A stretch of DNA of 64,000 bases, from positions 4,743,308 to 4,807,307 of the forward strand of contig OY764073.1 in NCBI GenBank assembly GCA_963668035.1, given 5' to 3'. Under the pieces are notes generated by a model, which made no database searches, had not been told where the DNA came from, and saw only the letters and a program-made list of their open reading frames with translations. Made by a program: the position numbers and the translations under genes. Origin of the DNA: Candidatus Poribacteria bacterium. GTDB lineage: Bacteria; Poribacteria; WGA-4E; WGA-3G. Shown piece after piece: positions 1 to 9,795 of the stretch. Numbering within the stretch: the first letter of the stretch is position 1; the number at the start of each line of letters is the position of its first letter.

Positions 1-307
1 GGAGCAGATCGCTCAACGATATACTTGGCAAAACGCTGCACAGGCACTTTGCCACGTGTTTGCGGAGAGCCTTGAACGGAAGCCGGACGATTTTGGCTCA
101 GAACAAGCGCTGTTCCCGCCAATTTTTTGTCGTCGGTATGAGCCGGAGACGGGGCGGATCGCGTCTTGTGTGTATCGTTTGGGGACGAACAGGTATGATA
201 ATCTTGAAACGGCTTTAGCGGAGGTACTGACAGAAGCGCATACGTCTGCTGAGGTGGAGGCAGTTTTCAAACATTTTCAGGAAAAAAATCATATCGCCGC
301 TGAATAA
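1..307 (+). CDS. 3' end of an upstream gene (partial, hypothetical protein)
   Basis: The frame is open from position 2 with no stop until the TAA at 305-307. The listed ORF 56..307 is only its C-terminal part. Confidence 0.35.
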   Translation, partial: EQIAQRYTWQNAAQALCHVFAESLERKPDDFGSEQALFPPIFCRRYEPETGRIASCVYRLGTNRYDNLETALAEVLTEAHTSAEVEAVFKHFQEKNHIAAE

Positions 308-321
308 AGGAAGATATTTGA

Positions 322-1221
322 ATGTTATATGCTGATTTTGAACGGGTGTTTGAAGCGCGTTTACAGACACGCGCCGACTCCTATGTGAACGCGGTGGAAT
401 ATCATCGCGGTCGATTTGTGCAAACGATTCAGTATCTGTTACACTCTATCTTGGAACAGACAGATACACTGGTTCAACAATCTGATGAGGATTGGGCACG
501 GACAGAAGAAGTTATCAGCGATATTCTCCACTGCACGGATGTAGATGTCCAGCAGCTCTTGACACTCAAAGTTCCGAACGAATTGACAGTGGATAGAGAT
601 TTTGAGGCGGTGAAGACGAAACTCTACGAAACGCAGTATTATCCTATTGGTGAACACCTGAACTATACTTCGTTTCCGCCTGCTCTGGAACGGAAGGCGT
701 TTATTGGCAAGCATTTCAACCGTTTCAGAGAGGATTCATATTTCTGTGATCTCGGTTTCGGCCCTGGGGTGCTAACTGCATTTATTTTACAACGGGACGC
801 TTCATGGCGCGCAGCGGGGGTTGATATTAGCAAGGATTGCCTGCGTCATGCACAGCGACTTTTGGAGAGAAAAGCGGTTTTAGGAAGGAGCGAGCTGTCG
901 GTTGCGGATGTGCGCAACCTCCCGTATCCTGACGATACTTTTGACGTGGTTGTTGCCGTTGAAGTACTTGAGCATATCCCCGACCCTGAAGTGGGTTTAG
1001 CGGAAGCGATGCGCGTGCTGAAACCGGGCGGATACGCGATTACAGCACTCCCGGTGCAATTGCCGCTGTTAATGCACCTCTACGATTTTGATACGCCTGA
1101 TGAGGTTTTAGCACTCTACGAAGAAGTTGGACTTGAGGTCATTGACTTTGAGACAAAGGAGTTTCAACTTCAAGCAGCGAATTCCTTTGTAGATACGTTC
1201 GCGTTGAGTATCAATCCGTGA
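322..1221 (+). CDS. Class I SAM-dependent methyltransferase with an N-terminal domain of unknown function
   Basis: Motif I DLGFGPGVLT and a downstream VLKPGGY motif are typical of Methyltransf_11/12. Length is 299 aa. Confidence 0.65.
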   Translation: MLYADFERVFEARLQTRADSYVNAVEYHRGRFVQTIQYLLHSILEQTDTLVQQSDEDWARTEEVISDILHCTDVDVQQLLTLKVPNELTVDRDFEAVKTKLYETQYYPIGEHLNYTSFPPALERKAFIGKHFNRFREDSYFCDLGFGPGVLTAFILQRDASWRAAGVDISKDCLRHAQRLLERKAVLGRSELSVADVRNLPYPDDTFDVVVAVEVLEHIPDPEVGLAEAMRVLKPGGYAITALPVQLPLLMHLYDFDTPDEVLALYEEVGLEVIDFETKEFQLQAANSFVDTFALSINP

Positions 1222-1242
1222 ACGAAAGGTTTTTATTGTCCA

Positions 1243-2379
1243 ATGTCAGTCTATGAATACTTTCTTATATCTTTAGCATTTATTTTTTGCGGTTATGCAA
1301 GTTGGACCGATCTGAAAACGCAGAAGATACGCAACGTCTGTTCGTTGGGGCTCCTCTATCTAGGAACCTTGAGCCAACTGATGGCATGGTATCTCGGCAC
1401 GACAACGCCGCTCTATATTTTAGTCCTTTTCTTCGGGAGCGGACTCATCGCTTTTGCCTTCTACTGGTTCGGCATCTTCTCACCGGGAGATTCTAAGCTC
1501 TTTTGGGGGTTGTGTCTGATTTTCCCACTATCGCTTTTCAGGGACCTGAGCGGTAGCCTGAGTTTTCCGCCCTTGATCCTTACGCTGAATATCATCATTC
1601 CGTATTCAATCGGTGTGCTTGGGTATCTGCTTTTCAAATTTGCGTCGATGCCAAATAAACTGGCACTCCTTCGCGGTTTTCTGATGTCAAACTTTCAGGG
1701 TGCGGCACTTTTTGAAAAACTGTTCAATCTGCTTATCTTCATCGGTATCGCGACGGCACTGACCTCCCTGCTGGAACTGATCGGATGGCAACCCGACCGG
1801 TTTCTAAGTCTCGTTTTGGTCTTAGCAGCGTTCGCGCTAATACAGAAGTTGCTATCGCCGATTCCGAAAACGCCGGTATATTATACAGTTGTCGGATTTG
1901 CGTGTGTATGGTTCTCAGTGCGGTCAGCACCTTCAGTGCCAGCATTTCTTTCCGGTTTCGCTTTTTTCTTAGGGTTATACCTCGTCGTTTTTCTTCTTGC
2001 GAAGCAGTTGGTTCTCGGTTTAGCGAGTATAGCGTTAGATAATGTCGTTGATGTGAACGGTCTCCAGGTCGGTATGATTCCAGCGGAGCAGATTATTCAG
2101 GTGACACAGCCAGATGGTAGTGTCCGTTATGAGAAAAAACAGGTCGGTTTTTCCAGTGGTCAAGCTGATAACATCATTGTTTCGCCGGATCCAGCGGGAC
2201 TTGATGCAGAGGAGATCGCGCAGTTGCAGCATCTCGCGGCGGCAGGCGCGCTTGCGGAATTTGAGAACCAGATACGGATTCAACCTTCTATCCGTTTCGC
2301 GCCGGTGATCGCTGTCGGTGCCCTGCTCACGGTTCTTTGCCAGGGACCGTTTTATCTAAAGTTGATGCAGCTGTTTTGA
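1243..2379 (+). CDS. Polytopic membrane protein with an N-terminal A24-family (prepilin peptidase CpaA/TadV-like) domain
   Basis: WTDLKTQKIRN resembles the D..T..IPN motif and GDSKLF resembles GGGDVKL, giving the two aspartate motifs of A24 peptidases. Multiple transmembrane helices are present, plus a C-terminal soluble extension. Confidence 0.5.
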   Translation: MSVYEYFLISLAFIFCGYASWTDLKTQKIRNVCSLGLLYLGTLSQLMAWYLGTTTPLYILVLFFGSGLIAFAFYWFGIFSPGDSKLFWGLCLIFPLSLFRDLSGSLSFPPLILTLNIIIPYSIGVLGYLLFKFASMPNKLALLRGFLMSNFQGAALFEKLFNLLIFIGIATALTSLLELIGWQPDRFLSLVLVLAAFALIQKLLSPIPKTPVYYTVVGFACVWFSVRSAPSVPAFLSGFAFFLGLYLVVFLLAKQLVLGLASIALDNVVDVNGLQVGMIPAEQIIQVTQPDGSVRYEKKQVGFSSGQADNIIVSPDPAGLDAEEIAQLQHLAAAGALAEFENQIRIQPSIRFAPVIAVGALLTVLCQGPFYLKLMQLF

Positions 2380-2380
2380 T

Positions 2381-4255
2381 TTGATTTGTCTTATGAAACG
2401 TGCAATTTTAGTCCTAATACTTTTAACGGTGGGTGTGACATTACCACCAATTTATTCACAGTGGGCAGAATCCCAAAGGCTTAAACAGATACAAGCCGTG
2501 AAACAACAGGCGCGCCCGATTGTCGGGGATCGGTGGGAGACGGTGCTATCAGCACTCGAAAGCGGTGTGCCACCTTCCGTAGTGATTTTATATACGGGTG
2601 GGACGCAGAGCCACTTGGAACCGTGTGGGTGTTATCAAGAAGAGTCCGGCGGATTGCCGAGACGTGCCTATGTTGTAGAGCAGTTTCGGAAGCATGGGTA
2701 CCCGACGCTTTTGGTGGATGCCGGGAACATCTTTGATGGGACAGCGGAAATAGATGCACGCCGCTGTGAAACGAATATGAAGACGTTGGCAGCGATAGGG
2801 TATTCAGCAGTAGCACTCAGCGAGTCGGATCTCGGTTATGATGACGCTTATCTGCATCGGCAGCGTGCTGTTGCAACATTTCCATTCTTAGCACCGCCTG
2901 TAGAGAACGCCGATTTCACAGAACCGTTTGTGATTGAGCAAGCTGGACGACACACCATTGCCTTTGTCGCAGGCGCAGCATCTGGAAAAGCAGTATCACA
3001 AGCACATATTGTTGTCGCTTTAGGGGAGCCTGCGGATCCCGAACATATTGATGTCGTCATCTGTCCTGATGAGATAGCGGTGCCGGTGTCTGAAGCTGGC
3101 GTGCTTTATGTCGGTTGTAAACCTGAAGGCAAAACGTTAGGCGTGTTGGCACTCTGGATAGATGCAAATGGAAAACTAACACGCCATTATACAACAGAAT
3201 TAGCGTTGACAGGCGAGGTCGGTGAATCTGAATCGGTGCGTCAGCTGCTAACAGATTTTTACCGAGATGTTGCCGCTGAAAGTCCGTCACAGGATCCACC
3301 GCTCTTTGCGAATCAGTTTTTAGAACAGCAGCACGGAAACGGGTATGTTTCGGCGACGGCGTGTCAGCGATGCCATGAGCAGGAATATCTTCAGTGGTCT
3401 GCGACGCGCCACGCCTTCGCTTACGAAACACTTCTGAAAAAGGAACGCTACTTTGACGCAGCGTGTGTCGCGTGTCATACGACTGGATTTGGTTATCCGA
3501 CAGGTTTTCAGATCGTCGACCCCGATTCAACGCTTAAAGGCGTGCAGTGTGAAACATGCCACGGGCCCGGCAAGCAGCATGTCGGCAACCCGAAAAAGAG
3601 CAATATCCGTAAAGGTGCAGACACATCGCTCTGTTTGCAATGTCACGACCCGAAACATTCGCCCGGCTTCGCGGAAGTGGTCGCACTGCATAGCAAAGAT
3701 GTTGATCACAGCCGCGCACCGATGAATTTGGAAGAACTCTTAGCGTCGCGCATCGCACGGATGGGAAAACCAACCGTAGAACTCTTTGTAATGAGTTATT
3801 GCCGGTTCGCCGTTAAAGCGGAAGAGAAGCTTGTTCCAATCGTGAAGAAGTTCGGTGACCAAATTGATTTCAAGCTGCAGTTTATTGCACAAGAGAAGGA
3901 GGCACCTTCCGCGCAGGATATAACACCCTTTACGAGTCTTCACGGTTACCCGGAAGTGGCAGAAAATATCCGGCAGCTGCTCATAGCACGGGAATACCCA
4001 AAACGGTATCTCGACTATATCTTGTGCCGCGGCAAGAAGTTGGATAAAAGCTGGGAGAAGTGTGCCGAGAAACTCGGTATGGATGTAGAGAGGATTCAAA
4101 AGTTGTTTGATGCACCCGAAGCGGAACAACTTTTCCGGGCAAACATCAAGCGCGCCGCAGAACTCGGGGTTAGAGCCTCTCCTACGATCTTGGTGGATGA
4201 ACATAAATTTAGAGCGAATCAGTTGTTACGGGCGAGTGGAACGCCGTGCCAATAG
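2381..4255 (+). CDS. Secreted multidomain protein: phosphoesterase-like N-terminus, tetraheme cytochrome c segment and a DsbA/thioredoxin-like C-terminus
   Basis: A signal peptide is followed by four CxxCH motifs (CQRCH, CVACH, CETCH, CLQCH). The C-terminal ASPTILVD and SYCRFA region is DsbA-like with a single Cys. The N-terminal YTGGTQSHLEP region resembles the metallophosphoesterase/5'-nucleotidase family. Confidence 0.55.
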   Translation: MICLMKRAILVLILLTVGVTLPPIYSQWAESQRLKQIQAVKQQARPIVGDRWETVLSALESGVPPSVVILYTGGTQSHLEPCGCYQEESGGLPRRAYVVEQFRKHGYPTLLVDAGNIFDGTAEIDARRCETNMKTLAAIGYSAVALSESDLGYDDAYLHRQRAVATFPFLAPPVENADFTEPFVIEQAGRHTIAFVAGAASGKAVSQAHIVVALGEPADPEHIDVVICPDEIAVPVSEAGVLYVGCKPEGKTLGVLALWIDANGKLTRHYTTELALTGEVGESESVRQLLTDFYRDVAAESPSQDPPLFANQFLEQQHGNGYVSATACQRCHEQEYLQWSATRHAFAYETLLKKERYFDAACVACHTTGFGYPTGFQIVDPDSTLKGVQCETCHGPGKQHVGNPKKSNIRKGADTSLCLQCHDPKHSPGFAEVVALHSKDVDHSRAPMNLEELLASRIARMGKPTVELFVMSYCRFAVKAEEKLVPIVKKFGDQIDFKLQFIAQEKEAPSAQDITPFTSLHGYPEVAENIRQLLIAREYPKRYLDYILCRGKKLDKSWEKCAEKLGMDVERIQKLFDAPEAEQLFRANIKRAAELGVRASPTILVDEHKFRANQLLRASGTPCQ

Positions 4256-4409
4256 CAATGCGCTAAGTGGATCAGTTTTTAGACATTTTCGGCGGGATAG
4301 CTCCATGCCCATTTGCGATACAATTCGTGCCGGAAGTAGTTTTCCTAACAACGATTTGGAAACCCATCTCGCTGGCGTGGAGCACCAGCAGAAAGGAGAA
4401 AACCTATAC

Positions 4410-4685
4410 ATGAAAAATAACATCCGTAGTAAAATCAGTGAATTCCTCAAATCCGAAGATGGACGCGTCGGTGCTAAATCGCCGTTAACGTTGGGTGTAG
4501 CAAGCGCGAGCTTGTTGTTAGCTCAGGCAATGGTTACGCCATCTACTCAGGCACACATGCTGTGTTATCCTTGGGCTGATGACTGTGCGGAAGGTGAGTT
4601 TTGTGTGGTTTGGTGTGAGGGAACATGGAATTTAGGAACCTGTATGGGCACATGGCATAGTCACTGTGAACCACTTGATCCTTGA
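4410..4685 (+). CDS. Small secreted cysteine-rich protein (91 aa)
   Basis: ATG at 4410 lies 11 nt after AAAGGAGAA. A hydrophobic segment LTLGVASASLLLAQAMV precedes a six-Cys C-terminus CYPWADDCAEGEFCVVWCEGTWNLGTCMGTWHSHC. The listed ORF 4107..4685 is this gene with an unsupported N-terminal extension. Confidence 0.4.
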   Translation: MKNNIRSKISEFLKSEDGRVGAKSPLTLGVASASLLLAQAMVTPSTQAHMLCYPWADDCAEGEFCVVWCEGTWNLGTCMGTWHSHCEPLDP

Positions 4686-4834
4686 TCAGGTTATCTAAGG
4701 AGATAATCCATCGGCGGTTCGTTGTCTTTGATGGGGAACCGCCATTTCGGCAATCTTGAAAGCATCTGAGGCAGGCAAGAAATAAGATTTCATAGGAGAC
4801 TGACAATTCTGTTCATTAATGATGGAGAATGCTA

Positions 4835-7774
4835 ATGGAAGACAATGATGTTCAGCTGATCTATAGGGTTTTATCGGGCGACGATGAAGCGTTTACTGCG
4901 TTGGTCCGAAAACACCAGAAAAGTGTCCACGCGCTTGTTTGGCGAAGGGTTGGTGATTTTCATTTCGCTGAAGAGATTACACAGGACGCGTTTCTCCGGG
5001 TATACAAGCAACTCCCAACGCTCAAGGATCCGAGTCAGTTTTTTGGGTGGCTGTATGTCATTACAGACCGGCTTTGTAAGGATTGGCTGAAAAAGAACAA
5101 ATCATTAATAAAATCCGTGGAGGATGTTCCCATGGTAGAAATGCAGCGAACGTCTTACGAACGTTATGTATCGGAGGAAAAAGAACAGGAGGCTCACGCG
5201 TTTCGTCAGGAACTTGTCAACAAACTTCTGGGAAAACTGCCGGAAAGCGAACGCACCGTGATGACGCTCTACTATCTCGGCGAAATGACAGCGAAGGAGA
5301 TTAGCAAATTTTTAGGGGTGTCGGTAAACACGATTACGAGTCGGCTCCAGCGAGCGCGGAAGCGTCTACAAAAAGACGAGGAGATGCTTGTTCAGGAGAC
5401 GCTCGGCGGAGTTCAATTGTCCGATAGTCTCACGGAGAACATCGCCCGGAAAGTGGCTGATGTGAAGTTGGCACCGCCTGTGAATTGGAAACCCTTCCTA
5501 CCATGGATCGCTTTTGGCATTGCATCGGTTTTGGTGCTGCTGTTAAGCGCAAGCAGTCAATACCTCCTCCGTTTCCAGAAACCGTATAGTTTTGAGGCAC
5601 AATCTGAACCGACAGTTGCAATTATTGACGCGCCTGTTGTGCTTGATGCCAACGTGAAACCGGCGGTGCGAAGTCAGGCGGGCCGCGCTGTTGTACCCAG
5701 CAAAAGCAGCGGTGATGACGTGCAGGTTTCTGAGTCGGTTTTAGATGCTAATGCACAAAATGAGTTGGTCAGATTTTCCGCGTCGCCGTGGGCACAGACA
5801 TCAGGCCCGCGAGGCGGTTCTGTCCATGATATATTTGCTACGGCTGCGGGAACGCTCTATGCTTTTTCGTCAACAGGGACCTATAGATTAGCGGCGAACG
5901 CGACGCGGTGGGTGCCAGTTGAGATTGATATGCCTATCGGAGCGTCGCGGGTACCTATGGCAGAGCATGAGGGGACGCTCTATCTTGTCTCTAACGATGC
6001 GATATTTGCCTCAACCGATGCCGGTGGGACGTGGAACACATTTTGCGACCGACCCGAGGGAAGTGCTGTTGGAATTGTTATCACGAGACAGCAAACGGGG
6101 CCTACGATGTATCTTGCCCTCCAAGAGAAAGGTGTATTCCAAACGACAGATGCTGGTGGGCAGTGGCGGCTTCTTAACGACAGATTGGTGGACAGGTCTA
6201 TTTCCGCTATAGCCGCGATTGGGGATACAGTATTTGCTGGGACAGACAAAGGGCTCTACCGCCTTGATTCGGGTGTTTGGGTACGGTTACTGGCGGATGT
6301 GCCCGGATCTATCTATTCCTTAGCGGTCTCTGAAGGCAATCTGTATGTTGGAACAGGTCCTGATTTCGTTACACTGCAACAAATTGGATCAAAACCGGCG
6401 AAGGCAGAGCAGGTAAGGTATGGCGAAAATTCAAGCGTGAGCAAAGTTTTCCACTCCGCCAACTTAGGAGCGTTTTGGACTGAGATAACGCCTACAGATG
6501 GATCTCGCCCTATAATAGCACCGGCGGGTATAAACCTGTTGGTGGCGGGGGAGACGATCTTAGCACAAGCGTTCAGCCAGTTTCAATCAAGAGATGGTGG
6601 TAAGACCTGGATTGACCTTAGATTTGGCATGACTTCGTCTATATTGGATCCTTTTCCATCTGTAGCCACAGACGAGTGGACATTTTACAAAGTAGGTCCG
6701 TCTGGTATTCATCGCACAACCGATGGCGGTGAATCGTGGCAGCTGTTCATGGATGGAATGGTGGGAACCGGAATACAGGATTTGGTCGCGATGAATAACA
6801 ACCTCTATACGTATACCAAGGAAGGCATCGTCCAATCGACAGATGGTGGGGAATCGTGGAAAGGTGTTCGGATTGATTTCGGTGAGCAAAAACCTGGCTC
6901 GGGAATAGCCAGAACGTCTCGCGGTAATTTTCCTCTTCATTCAAAATTAGTGGTCGACAGCAATGTTCTTTATGGGATTTGGGCTTCTGTAAAGGGCGAT
7001 CTGCGTATTTTCCGTTTGTCAGCTGATGACAATGTGATCGTTCCGGTACAAGGGTCCCCCGCTTTTGAAGTGGCTGTCCCATCTACAAATGACAAAGGAG
7101 CGAAACAGGTTCCCTTATCTGAGAGGCGTGAAAAAGGGGATGATTTATATGTAGCGTTCCGTAGAGAACATGAGAGAGTTGGTGCATTTGTTGTTAGTGG
7201 TGAGACGTTTTACGTCGAATATAAGCGGAAACTGTTCAGATGGCAGCCTGGCGATTTAAAGTGGAAAGACCTCGGATTGACAGATACCAGTGAACAGTCC
7301 GACCATGATTCAAAATTTGGGTTCAAGTTAGCGGTTTCAGGAGAAACTGTCTACGTCGGGAAACGGAGTGGCGATCTGTTCCAGTCGATTGATAGCGGAA
7401 ACAGTTGGAGAGACATTACGCTAACCCTTCCGCTTCGGTTTACCTATTTCAATGAGATTGTCTTTGCGGGTTCTACGGTTTACATTGCGACGGATGCCGG
7501 GGTCTTAGCCTCCGAAACCGGGGTGTATTGGCGCGTGATCAACGATAAAGTCGTTATAGACAGGTTTGCGGTAGACGGTGCCACGATTTATGGTGTTGGT
7601 GATACCGGTGTCTATCGTTTAGATATTGACGGCGACTGGGAACAGCTTTCGCCGGGTGTTCCGGGTAAAGTGCTTTCTTTCGTTGTGGATCGCAATAGAC
7701 TTTACGTTGCGACCGAACGGCGCGGAATGTTTCACATCTCGCTTGATGCAGAAAATTACCTCGCAAACGATTAA
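4835..7774 (+). CDS. ECF sigma-70 factor fused to one transmembrane helix and a large C-terminal BNR/Asp-box repeat beta-propeller domain
   Basis: Sigma-70 region 2 (DAFLRVYKQL) and region 4 HTH (LGVSVNTITSRLQRARKRL) are present. A transmembrane helix FLPWIAFGIASVLVLLLSAS follows. There are at least six S/T-x-D-x-G-x-T/S-W repeats (STDAGGTWN, TTDAGGQWR, SRDGGKTWI, TTDGGESWQ, STDGGESWK, SIDSGNSWR). ATG 4835 has better RBS spacing than ATG 4829. Confidence 0.7.
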   Translation: MEDNDVQLIYRVLSGDDEAFTALVRKHQKSVHALVWRRVGDFHFAEEITQDAFLRVYKQLPTLKDPSQFFGWLYVITDRLCKDWLKKNKSLIKSVEDVPMVEMQRTSYERYVSEEKEQEAHAFRQELVNKLLGKLPESERTVMTLYYLGEMTAKEISKFLGVSVNTITSRLQRARKRLQKDEEMLVQETLGGVQLSDSLTENIARKVADVKLAPPVNWKPFLPWIAFGIASVLVLLLSASSQYLLRFQKPYSFEAQSEPTVAIIDAPVVLDANVKPAVRSQAGRAVVPSKSSGDDVQVSESVLDANAQNELVRFSASPWAQTSGPRGGSVHDIFATAAGTLYAFSSTGTYRLAANATRWVPVEIDMPIGASRVPMAEHEGTLYLVSNDAIFASTDAGGTWNTFCDRPEGSAVGIVITRQQTGPTMYLALQEKGVFQTTDAGGQWRLLNDRLVDRSISAIAAIGDTVFAGTDKGLYRLDSGVWVRLLADVPGSIYSLAVSEGNLYVGTGPDFVTLQQIGSKPAKAEQVRYGENSSVSKVFHSANLGAFWTEITPTDGSRPIIAPAGINLLVAGETILAQAFSQFQSRDGGKTWIDLRFGMTSSILDPFPSVATDEWTFYKVGPSGIHRTTDGGESWQLFMDGMVGTGIQDLVAMNNNLYTYTKEGIVQSTDGGESWKGVRIDFGEQKPGSGIARTSRGNFPLHSKLVVDSNVLYGIWASVKGDLRIFRLSADDNVIVPVQGSPAFEVAVPSTNDKGAKQVPLSERREKGDDLYVAFRREHERVGAFVVSGETFYVEYKRKLFRWQPGDLKWKDLGLTDTSEQSDHDSKFGFKLAVSGETVYVGKRSGDLFQSIDSGNSWRDITLTLPLRFTYFNEIVFAGSTVYIATDAGVLASETGVYWRVINDKVVIDRFAVDGATIYGVGDTGVYRLDIDGDWEQLSPGVPGKVLSFVVDRNRLYVATERRGMFHISLDAENYLAND

Positions 7775-7839
7775 AATTGAGAGTTTTTCTTTACTTTTCA
7801 AAAAAATCAGAAAAAAGAATACCGCACTCGGAGGCGAAT

Positions 7840-8223
7840 GTGAAAGAATTACTGTTGGCAGATGCGAATAGGCTGTCCGACTCCCGATCTGAATACGAAG
7901 CAACCCGACAGCAGATAGATAGGGCAGACTACAAAACCCTTACGCTGAGTGAGGCAGACTTTTACGACCTCGTTTTCATGGAAGCGAATGACTCCGTCGC
8001 AACAAATCCAAACGCGATTTCTGCCATTTTTTATCAAAACTTTCTACTAAACCTCCGCCGAATTCATTCGGAGTCTGTCACGGCAGCGGTTCGCCTTCGT
8101 TGGCAGTCCGCTCGGCATAAAGTGCCTGCAGCCGAGTCGTTACGGGACCGATGCTTTCGTTTCCAATCTTTCTGCCGTCAACTTCAAGTACTGGACTCAG
8201 CTCACCGACAGTGCCGGTCGTGA
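7840..8223 (+). CDS. Hypothetical small protein; the 3' part runs antisense into ilvE
   Basis: GTG at 7840 lies 5 nt after GGAGG. The N-terminal ~80 aa look protein-like. The frame stays open about 145 bp into the convergent ilvE, so the true stop is uncertain. Confidence 0.25.
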   Translation: MKELLLADANRLSDSRSEYEATRQQIDRADYKTLTLSEADFYDLVFMEANDSVATNPNAISAIFYQNFLLNLRRIHSESVTAAVRLRWQSARHKVPAAESLRDRCFRFQSFCRQLQVLDSAHRQCRS

Positions 8224-8980
8224 AGACTTCATCTGCGGTGTAGACTTCGGTTAATGAAATATTCCGTTCCGTCACTGGGATCCCTGCTTCGCGCGCAATG
8301 CGGATGGCCATACCGCGCGTAATTCCGGGGAGGCAGCTATCGGCGTGTGGTGTCAGGACATGTTCACGTTTTATTACAAAGATGTTCGTCGCATTTGTCT
8401 CTGAAACATATCCGTGGATGTCGAGCATAATCGCATCGTCCACACCAGCGACGTTCGCCTCAATTTTGGCGAGAATGTTGTTAATCAGGTTGTTATGGTG
8501 GATTTTAGAGTCAATACACTGCGGCGGATTCCGTCGGATCGCGGAGGTGATTAAACGGACACCGCTTTTTGAATAGATGGGCGGCTTCCACTCCGCAAGC
8601 ACAATCAGACTCGTGCCGTACTGATTGACGCGCGCGTCCATGCTGGAGGTAACCTTTTTCCCACGGCTGAGCGTCAGGCGGATATGAACACCGTCGCGCA
8701 TGCCGTTGGCTTCAAGCGTCTCAAAAATCGCTTTTTTGACTTCCGCACGCGTCGGGATATTCGCGAACGCCATGGCGTGTGCGGAATCCATGAGTCTGTC
8801 AAGGTGTTCATCCAACGCAAAGATTTTTCCGTTGTAGACGCGCAAACCTTCCCATACGCCGTCTCCACCTTGCACGAGGCTATCAAATACAGAAATTTTT
8901 GCATCTTCACGCGGCAATAGCTCACCGTTGACGTGAATTAAAATGTTTTCATTCCTTACATCAGGTAATTTAGGTGCCAT
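8078..8980 (-). CDS. ilvE: Branched-chain amino acid aminotransferase (class IV PLP aminotransferase)
   Basis: The N-terminus NGELLPREDAKISVFDSLVQGGDGVWEGLRVYNGKIFALDEHLDRLMDSAHAMAF is colinear with IlvE. Length is 300 aa. Confidence 0.8.
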   Translation of the reverse strand: MAPKLPDVRNENILIHVNGELLPREDAKISVFDSLVQGGDGVWEGLRVYNGKIFALDEHLDRLMDSAHAMAFANIPTRAEVKKAIFETLEANGMRDGVHIRLTLSRGKKVTSSMDARVNQYGTSLIVLAEWKPPIYSKSGVRLITSAIRRNPPQCIDSKIHHNNLINNILAKIEANVAGVDDAIMLDIHGYVSETNATNIFVIKREHVLTPHADSCLPGITRGMAIRIAREAGIPVTERNISLTEVYTADEVFTTGTVGELSPVLEVDGRKIGNESIGPVTTRLQALYAERTANEGEPLP

Positions 8981-8992
8981 ATCTCCTCCATT

Positions 8993-9772
8993 CTACCATG
9001 TATCTCGGACGCTCACACCTTCATCCGTTAGATAAGTTTTGATGTTCTCAATCGTGAATTCGCCGTAGTGTGTGATAGAGGCCACGATCGCGGCATCGGC
9101 ACTGCTCTCAACAAAGACATCACGTAGGTGCTGTGGGTTTCCCGCGCCGCCAGAGGCGATCACCGGCACCGGCACCAGCTCCGCAATAGCTCCCGTCAAT
9201 TCCAGTTCATAGCCGGCTTTCGTGCCATCTGCATCGATGCTATTGACGACAATTTCACCCGCGCCAAGTTCAACCCCACGTGCCGACCATTCCAGGGCAT
9301 CCCAACCGACAGGTTTCCTGCCGCCATCTATGTAGATTTCATATCCGCTTGGGATCTGCTCACTTTTCGGGACGCGTTTGACTTGCATGCTCAACACGAC
9401 GCATTGGCTACCGAACGCTCGCGCCCCCTCCGCGATGAGTTCAGGATTCCGTACTGCACCGGAGTCTATACTCACCTTTTCTGCACCGGCGAGCAGGACG
9501 CGTCGCATATCTTCAAGCGTCCGCAGCCCCCCACCGACAGAAAACGGGATAAAGATTTCAGCGGCGACAGCGGAGACCACATCAATCATTATATCGCGGC
9601 GTTCATTGCTCGCCGTGATGTCGTAAAAGACGAGTTCATCGGCACCGCCTTCATAGTAAAAGCGCGCCATCTCAACCGGATCACCGACATCCACATTGCC
9701 CTGAAAAGCGATGCCTTTCGTGACCTTCCCGGCACGTACATCTAAGCATGGAATAATCCGCTTTGTTAGCAA
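8993..9772 (-). CDS. hisF: Imidazole glycerol phosphate synthase cyclase subunit
   Basis: [20 protein letters not shown]...[13 protein letters not shown] is a HisF hallmark; it is a 259-aa TIM barrel. Confidence 0.9.
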   Translation of the reverse strand: MLTKRIIPCLDVRAGKVTKGIAFQGNVDVGDPVEMARFYYEGGADELVFYDITASNERRDIMIDVVSAVAAEIFIPFSVGGGLRTLEDMRRVLLAGAEKVSIDSGAVRNPELIAEGARAFGSQCVVLSMQVKRVPKSEQIPSGYEIYIDGGRKPVGWDALEWSARGVELGAGEIVVNSIDADGTKAGYELELTGAIAELVPVPVIASGGAGNPQHLRDVFVESSADAAIVASITHYGEFTIENIKTYLTDEGVSVRDTW

Positions 9773-9795
9773 AATGTCCTCCTATGGGAAACTGA

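Noticed and set aside
439-714. Short antisense or alternative-frame ORFs listed inside well-supported genes (for example 439..714, 9128..9745, 9830..10171, 13533..13958, 42711..43037, 48757..49080)
   Set aside because: They are fully embedded in longer genes with clear homology-type motifs. They have no RBS, and their composition is Arg/Ser/Cys-rich, typical of wrong-frame translation.
4107-4409. N-terminal extension of the small Cys-rich ORF (listed as 4107..4685)
   Set aside because: The extension overlaps the 3' end of the cytochrome gene and is Arg/Ser-rich with no RBS. The ATG at 4410 with an upstream AAGGAGA is the supported start.
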